A stretch of DNA of 64,000 nt from Octopus vulgaris (lineage: Eukaryota), in assembly GCA_951406725.2 (NCBI GenBank), contig OX597828.1:46872001-46936000 (forward strand). The letters run 5' to 3'. The notes under the pieces are model-generated. The model was not told the origin of the DNA and ran no database searches. It worked only from the letters and a program-made list of their open reading frames with translations. The stretch's first letter is position 1. Every line of letters starts with the position of its first letter. Below, one piece after another: positions 56,055 to 64,000 of the stretch. The translations under genes were made by a program, and so were the position numbers.

Positions 56055-56270
56055 TATATAAGTACATTAAAGGCTTCCAAATAAAGAAGCGAGTGCTAGA
56101 TCCACAAAAAGGGGATAAATTCATGAAATGGAATGAAAATCAAAAACGTTTACCATCTCAGCTGAGTTGGTAAACGTTTTTGATTTTCATTCCATTTCAT
56201 GAATTCATCCCCTTTTTGTTGTATCTAGCACTCGCTTCTTTATTTGGAAGCTTTTTAATGTACTTATATA
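56055..56270. repeat. Near-perfect palindrome of about 215 bp
   Basis: Centred on CTCAGCTGAG (56157-56166); the arms are reverse complements with few mismatches. Confidence 0.92.
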
Positions 56271-56321
56271 TATATATACACTCACAAACATAAAATTAGG
56301 GAGTGGAGTAGATAAAATCCA

Positions 56322-56402
56322 GGCTACATATGTTTCATAGCTGAACCCTCTGGATTAGTAATTACCCAAACGATGGATAGACCGCAAACTGTTCTTCAGG
56401 CC
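56322..56402 (-). ncRNA. Type I hammerhead motif with intact core and long stem II insert
   Basis: Minus: GGC-CUGAAGA-ACAGUU...AGCUAU-GAAAC-auau-GUA^GCC. Confidence 0.68.
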
Positions 56403-56857
56403 AAGTCTACCTTTACACATATATATACATATATACGACAGGCTTCTATTTCGCGTCTAGGGAAATCCTCTCACAAAGCATTGATCGACCTGAAGCTATA
56501 ATAAAAGACAGTTGTCTAAGGCAATACACAGTGAGACTGAACTCGGCACCATGCGATTGGGAAGCAAGTTTCTTACCACACAGCCACGCCCACATCTTTT
56601 ATTTCTCTATCCAAACACGTAGACATACATATATGATTGCCTTAGCAAAACCCTAGGCTAGAACCAGGTGGCAGCTGCTCAACATCATATTATGTACAAT
56701 AGCTTTGCTGACATTATTTCATAGAAACATAATCCAATCGTGTTACAATCAGACTTAATCCCCACAATTACATCATATAACCCTACATGGTGATCTGGAC
56801 CGAATATATATGTTGTCGGTGGTAGTGTTGTTGTTGTTGTTGCTGTTATTGTTGTTG

Positions 56858-56889
<32 letters not shown>

Positions 56890-57239
56890 GGTGGTGGTGG
56901 TGGTGATGATGGTGGTGGTAAGTGTTGAGATGGAGAGAGTTGTAGTCATGGTTGTCGTTATGGTGATGCTGTTGGTGGTAGTGCTGTGGTGGTGCTGGTG
57001 ATGGTGATGGTGGTGGTGGTGGTGGTTAGAGTTGATGATTAGAAGGACAATGATGATGAGGAGGAGGTGGAAGAGGAGGAGCAGGAGGAGGATGCTGGTA
57101 GTATTGGTTACTTTAGTTGATGGTGGTGTTGAAGCTGTTAGAAGTATGTCGAGGACGAACAGTGGAGGAGGGTGGGGAATAAGAATGAAAGGGCAAAGAG
57201 AAAAGAAATTGGATGATTTGGGGGATATTTTGATGGGTT

Positions 57240-57625
57240 TTACGTTCTGTGTTCAAATTCTACCATGGTCGACTTTGCTTCCCATCCTTTCGGTATTGAT
57301 AAAATAAGTACCGGTTGAGCCCTGGGGTCAATGTAATCGACTTAACGTCTCCCCACGAAATTTCTGGCTTTGTGTCTGACCTTGTGGCAAAATTTGAAAC
57401 CAAATACTTCAGGATAAGATGAAGGTGGTGAGCTGGCAGAAACGTTAGCGCGCCGAGCAAAATGCTTAACGCCATTTCGTTCGTCTTTGAGTTCTAAGTT
57501 CTAATTCCACCTTTCATCTTTTCAGGGTCGATAAAATAAGTTCCAGTTGAACACTGGGGTCAATGCCTTAATGCCTTCCATCCACCCCGGAATTGCTGGC
57601 CGTGCGCCAAAATTTGAAATAAATA
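57240..57625 (+). mobile_element. Two diverged SINE family B copies
   Basis: Family B core at 57240-57400; a new head at 57421. Confidence 0.75.
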
Positions 57626-58243
57626 TTTCTGGGTAAGATGGGATATAAATGATTTAACCAGTACGAGCACAACATGAGCGGAATATGAGTACAATGTAAA
57701 CACCGTATGAGTACAGTATGATTACATGAGTAAAAACGTTTCACCTAAACACATGAACAATACCAACATGAACACTATCCCCTCCGTCCATCAGAACGAC
57801 CACAAGCAACACCTCTACCTCAACTCCATTACTATAGTCATCACCACAAATATCACCAGCACTACCACTAGACTGAATTCGACCAACACCACCACCACCA
57901 CGGACTTCATGTTAATCCCACGGCCTCCACCATCAATACTTTCAGCACCGATACCATCCACAACACCACCACTACTATCACCAACATTACCGCCATCACT
58001 GCCAGCACCTACGCCACAGCTAACAAACATTAACACTGCTAATACCAGCGGTTTCGCCACCGCCATCGCTAACACCACTATGTACACCACCAGCACCACC
58101 GCCACCAACATCACCACCAGCGTCACTACCGTCACCACCACCGCCGCCGCCGATACTAACTCCACCGCTAGAGCCAGCTGCTATCATTGCCACGACTGCT
58201 GTCATCACAACCATTACTTCCAACACTACCAACAACAGCTCCA

Positions 58244-58440
58244 GTGGAGGCGCAATGGCTCAGTGGTTAGGGCAGCGGACTCGCGGTTGTAAGAACGCGG
58301 TTTCGATTCCCAGACCGGGCATTGTGAGTGTTTATTGAGCAAAAACACTTAAGTTCCACGAGGCTCCGGCGGGGTGTGGTGGTGAACCCCGCTGTACTCT
58401 TTCACCACAACTTTTTCTCCCTCTTTCTTCCTACTTCTGC
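58244..58440 (+). mobile_element. SINE family C, 3'-truncated
   Basis: Homologous to 35267-35460. Confidence 0.85.
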
Positions 58441-58789
58441 CACAAAGCAGAGGAACCATAGTGTAACCCACTATGGTGTGGTAAACTTTCAGGCCCTAGT
58501 CTAGATTGCGAATCCGCTGTATCCCAGGATGGTCCAGCTCTTCACCCGTTAAAAAAGCCACTGTTTACGGAATGAGGATAACAACGTAGCTTTCGCGCCC
58601 GTGCAAAGAAGAAGACAACAGCTCCACAACAACTATCAACAATAATAATAATAATAATCCTTTCTTCTGAAGGCATAAGACCTAAAATTTTGAGGAGAGC
58701 GGGATGGTCGATTACATTGAACCCAGTGCTCAACTGGTACTTCAATTAAAGGATGAAAGGCAAAGCCGGATCCGTCCTACACGCGATAG

Positions 58790-60150
58790 TAGCTGTTAGA
58801 CATAAACCCACAGGTCAGCAATACTCGGGCACTGGACGAATACGTGCAGATCGGTTTTGTCGCTCTGAGCACACCCCGGGCAGGCCCGGGTGACTGCACT
58901 TCCGTGCCTATGAAGTTTATCCCGAACAGGCAGCGCCACTCGGTAGCACTGCCAGGCGAGGGACTGCTTAGTTGGTCATCGTCGATGCCTAGAGTTTCCC
59001 CGAGAGCATCGTCGTACTTTTCCTACACTAAACTCTATAGAACGCTAGAGTGGAACTACTACCTATTTCTTTATTACCCACAAGGGGCTAAACACAGAGG
59101 GGACAAACAAGGACAGACATAGGTATTAAGTCGATTACATCGACCCCAGTGCGTAACTGGTACTTAATTTATCGACCCCGAAAGGATGAAAGGCAAAGTC
59201 GACCTCGGCGGAATTTGAACTCACAACGTAACGCAGACGAAATACCGGTAAGCATTTCGGCCGGTGTGCTAACGTTTCTGCCAGCTCGCCGCCTTTGTGG
59301 AACTACTACCGACCACATTGCCCACCTGGTGTAGGGTGGTGAGTGCTTGACGGCATTCGAGGTGCCAAGCGCTCTTTCTCGGTCTTGGATAGATCCAAGA
59401 TTGCAGCTCAGTCAAAGATACGAGCTGTGGAAAGGCGAGTCTAACGAATGGTGACCACACTTGCTCACCGTCCAGAGCAAGCGCACCAGCTTGGTCAACC
59501 AGCAGCCGGGACAAAGGAATGACGGTCAAATAGTAATAGATGACGGATGCGATGTACGCATTCGCCACCTCGGCTCGACCTTTCGGGTACTGCATCCTCT
59601 CGGCCCATTTCTGGGTGAGATTGGCCACGTTGTTCGTCGCCTAGTCCCAGTTTTTTTCCATCTGGAGGTCTGGACCGAACCAGACCCCGAGCAATTTAAC
59701 GGGATCGTCTGTCCAGCGCCCCACGATGCTGTTGGACGGCATGGACATGCCTCTCCAGGTGCCCAGTTGCAAGCCCATCGATTTTTCTGCGTTAATTTTC
59801 GCACTTGTCACCGCTTCGTATTCGCTTATTGTCTTGCCAATCAGGTCGATGTACCTGTGGATCGACACCATCACGGCGTCATCGTCAGCATAGGCAGACA
59901 CGCTCTTGCCACATCCTAGATCACGCGGGACACTCTTCAAAGCCTCCAACTTCCGCAGTAATGGCTTGAGAGTCAATAGGTAGAGAATGGAGGAGAGAGG
60001 GCATTCTTGTCGAACAGAAGATGCTGAACGGCTCCGACAAGTGACCGTATAATCGAGCAGATACCGCTGTATAAAGCAGCAATCCAGCCTCGGAAGACCG
60101 GACCAAAAACAGCTGCCTTGAGAACAACTGCCAAGTATCGATTTTGCAAC
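58790..60150 (-). pseudogene. Tx1/L1-clade LINE reverse transcriptase fragment
   Basis: FGP.FRGWIAALYSG, LKPLLRKL...SAYADD...KINAEKSMGLQLGTW...VKLLGVWFG, and KGRAEVANAYIASVIYY; frameshifted. Confidence 0.85.
59064..59296 (-). mobile_element. SINE family B inserted in the LINE, with TSD
   Basis: GTGGAACTACTACC duplicated at 59050-59063 and 59297-59310. Confidence 0.9.
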
Positions 60151-60159
60151 CTCGTCGCC

Positions 60160-60228
<69 letters not shown>

Positions 60229-60709
60229 GCAACAACAATAACAATTCTTTCTACTGGAAGCACAAACCTTAAATTTCGAGGATGGGATTAAGTCGATTAC
60301 CTATTTTTTTACTACCCACAAGAGGGTAAACACAGAAAGGACAAACAAGGACAGAAAAAAAAGGAATAAGTCGATTATATCGACCCCAGTGCGTAACTGG
60401 TACTTATTTAATCGACCCCGAAAGGATGAAAGGTAAAGTCGACCTCGACGGAATTTGAACTCAGAACGTAACGGCAGACGAAATGCCTATTCTTTTACTA
60501 CCCACAAGGGGCTAAACATAGACTGGACAAACAAGGAGAGACAAAGGGATTAAGTTGATTACATCGACCCCAATGCGTAACTGGTACTTAATCCGAAAGG
60601 ATGAAAGGCAAAGTCGACCTCGGCGAAATTTGAACTCAGAATGTAACGGCAGACGAAATACGGCTACACATTTCGCCCGGCGTGCTAACGTTTCTGCCAG
60701 CTAGCCGTC

Positions 60710-60784
<75 letters not shown>

Positions 60785-61038
60785 GCAACAACAACAATAG
60801 TAACAACCTATTTCTTTATTACCCACAAGGGGCTAAACACAGAGGGGACAAACAAGGACAGACAAAGGTATTAAGTCGATTACATCGACCCCAGTGCGTA
60901 ACTGGTACTTAATTTATCGACCCCGAAAGGATGAAAGGCAAAGTCGACCTCGGCGGAATTTGAACTCACAACGTAACACAGACGAAATACCGCTAAGCAT
61001 TTCGCCCGGCGTGCTAACGTTTCTGCCAACTCGCCGTC

Positions 61039-61075
<37 letters not shown>

Positions 61076-61089
61076 TAATAATAATAATA

Positions 61090-61178
<89 letters not shown>

Positions 61179-61192
61179 TAATAATATTAATA

Positions 61193-61290
<98 letters not shown>

Positions 61291-61306
61291 GATAATAATA
61301 TTAATA

Positions 61307-61356
<50 letters not shown>

Positions 61357-61400
61357 CAACAAAACAACAACAACTACTACAACAACAATAGTAATAACCA
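60160..61400 (-). mobile_element. Cluster of SINE family B copies embedded in (AAT)n tracts
   Basis: Copies at about 60244-60710 (tandem partial units) and 60806-61040, separated by (AAT)n. Confidence 0.85.
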
Positions 61401-61564
61401 CCAGCTTTCGCAATCCTACACGAGCGATATTTAAACACATCGGGAAGACCCAAGTGCTCTAAACCGCCAACACGAGGAAGTAAATAGTTTACTCGGAAAA
61501 GAAGAAAAAACAAGAGAAAGAAGAAAAGGAAAACATGCATATAATCGAATGTGTGAGCGCATAT

Positions 61565-61610
<46 letters not shown>

Positions 61611-61778
61611 ACGTGTGTGCACGTGTGTGTGTGTCTGTGTGTTATTTGTCACTGACCATGTGTATGTGTGCCTATACATATATGTGTGTACGAGTATACA
61701 CACAAGCACACTCGCATACACGTGTATATGTATATGTATAAGTATATATACAGTTTTATAGATATGTATATATGTGTG

Positions 61779-61940
<162 letters not shown>

Positions 61941-62355
61941 GGAGAGAGCTATATATGTATATATACATACATATGTAGCTCTCTCTCTCTCTCTCTCTCT
62001 ATCTATATATATATATATATATGCCTATATATGTACATATATATACATATGTGTGTGTATGTGTGCGTGTGTGTATAAATGCATGTATGTATCTACATAC
62101 ACACACACACACGCACGCACACACATACGTACATATCATACTACGGGTATTCCTGTAGAATGTATGTATGGGTGGTTATAACCGGATAGTTGTATATGTG
62201 CTTGTCTCGGTGTTACGTGTCTGAATGTGTAGGTCGGTGCCCTGTGGTGTCGCTGTGTGCAGTTATTGTGAATGTAAATATTTTTATTGATATTATATAA
62301 TGAGGAAATAAGTGGAAACAAAAAGCTACTTCAATAATTGAATAACACAAGTATG

Positions 62356-62414
<59 letters not shown>

Positions 62415-62504
62415 CACACACCATACTACACATGCATTTATTACATATAAGGGTGAATACACAACACACACACACATATATATACAAATGCATGTATTTA
62501 TGTA

Positions 62505-63082
62505 TAGAGGCGTAGGAGTGGCTGTGTGGTAAGTAGCTTGCTTACGAACGACATGGTTCCGGGTTCAGTCCCATTGTGTGGCACCTTGGGTAAGTATCTT
62601 CTACTATAGCCTCGAGCCGACCAAAGAGTGGATTTGGTAGACGGAAACTGAAAGAAGCCCGTCGTATGCATGTATACATATATATATTTATATATATATA
62701 TATATAAATACATATATATATATATATATATACTCTTTTACTTGTTTCAGTCATTTTGACTGCGGCCATGCTGGAGCACCACCTTTTAGTACTTATTCTA
62801 TCGGTCTCTTTTTGCCGAACCGCTAAGTGACGGGGACCTAAACACACCAGCATCGGTTGTCAAGCAATGCTAGGGGGACAAACACAGACACACAAACACA
62901 CACACATATACATATATATATATATATACGACAGGCTTCTTTCAGTTTCCGTCTACCAAATCCACTCACAAGGCATTGGTCGGCCCGGGGCTATAGCAGA
63001 AGACACTTGCCCAAGATGCCACGCAGTGGGACTGAACCCGCAACCGTGTGGTTGGTTAGCAAGCTACTTACCACACAGCCAC
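62505..63082. mobile_element. Convergent SINE family A pair (62505-62670 +, 62732-63082 -)
   Basis: Family A head on plus, then a reverse-complement copy. Confidence 0.85.
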
Positions 63083-63256
63083 TATATATATATATATATA
63101 TATATATAATTATTATAAATGAGGGTGAAAAATCGATATTAATTTAATAATACCGTCAATTTAACACCAAGTGGCTTAGCACAAAAAACTACGGAGAAAA
63201 TACAAATTTATACATAAATTATTAGAGAGTTATCCACTATGTGGATAACTCTCTAA

Positions 63257-63314
<58 letters not shown>

Positions 63315-63337
63315 TACACATATACATATATATATAT

Positions 63338-63648
63338 ATGTGTGTGTATCTGTGTTTTCCCCCCCCGCCAACATCACCTGACAACCGACGCTTGTGTGTT
63401 TACGTCCCCTTATTCTTTGTAAGTAAGTCTAGTACTTATTCTATCGGTCTCTTTTGCCGAACCGCTAGGCTACGGGGACGTAAACACACAAGCGTCGGTT
63501 GTCAGGTGATGTTGGCGGGGGGGGGGGGCAAACACAGATACACAAACATATATATATATAAGTCTTGGCGTCGATTTGCTCGACTAAAAGGTGGTGCTCC
63601 AGCATGGACACAGTCAAATGACTGAAACAAGTAAAAGAGTAAAAGAGT
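63338..63648 (+). mobile_element. Rearranged SINE family A with internal inverted duplication
   Basis: 63340-63409 is the reverse complement of 63473-63545; a forward tail resumes at about 63559. Confidence 0.85.
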
Positions 63649-64000
63649 ATATGCATATATATGTATGTGTATGCAGGCGTGTATTCCTGGTCATCGTATC
63701 TTTCTGTCTATCTAACTGTCTATTAATCTATGTAGCCATATATTTACGTGTTCTATCTCTCTATTTGTCAATCTATCTCTATACGTTTCTTCCTATTTGC
63801 CTCTCTCTCTCTCGTTCTACACACACACATGTTTATTCGTCTATTAGCCTGTTCGCATGAAATATCCCCCGCACAGCCTAATCTCCTCTAGTGTCTCCTC
63901 GCACCGCTACCCCTCGACTAGTCCCAACAGTAGAAATACTATTATTAATTACATCAGCAAACCAGTTACTAATACGTATTCTACACGTATCAGTGTTCTC

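Noticed and set aside
57726-58292. Thr/Pro-rich mucin-like ORF
   Set aside because: Degenerate (ACC)n low-complexity sequence that runs into a SINE head; no signal peptide or splice support.
60160-61400. CRISPR-like repeat/spacer pattern
   Set aside because: The repeats are SINE segments separated by (AAT)n in eukaryotic DNA; no cas genes.

Overview
AT-rich, microsatellite-saturated eukaryotic DNA. The SINE families and repeat landscape point to an octopus/coleoid cephalopod (inference). Almost all listed ORFs are microsatellite artefacts. The only intact long CDS is a 715-aa hAT transposase inside a complete 3.8-kb element (TIRs plus 8-bp TSD) inserted in an (ATAC)n tract. The rest is decayed transposons: Penelope-like elements (PLEs), Gypsy, Tx1/L1, CR1-type, mariner and Tc1-superfamily fragments, a Helentron-type HINE, and dozens of tRNA-derived SINEs. 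The most notable hidden signal is about a dozen minimal type I hammerhead ribozyme (HHR) motifs, two with intact catalytic cores. They sit in short PLE-type termini that abut microsatellites, often beside long foldback hairpins. There is also a possible first coding exon of a host gene (33933-33965) inside a hairpin, and a bZIP-site cluster near 5.8 kb. All calls were made by eye; boundaries of decayed elements are approximate.
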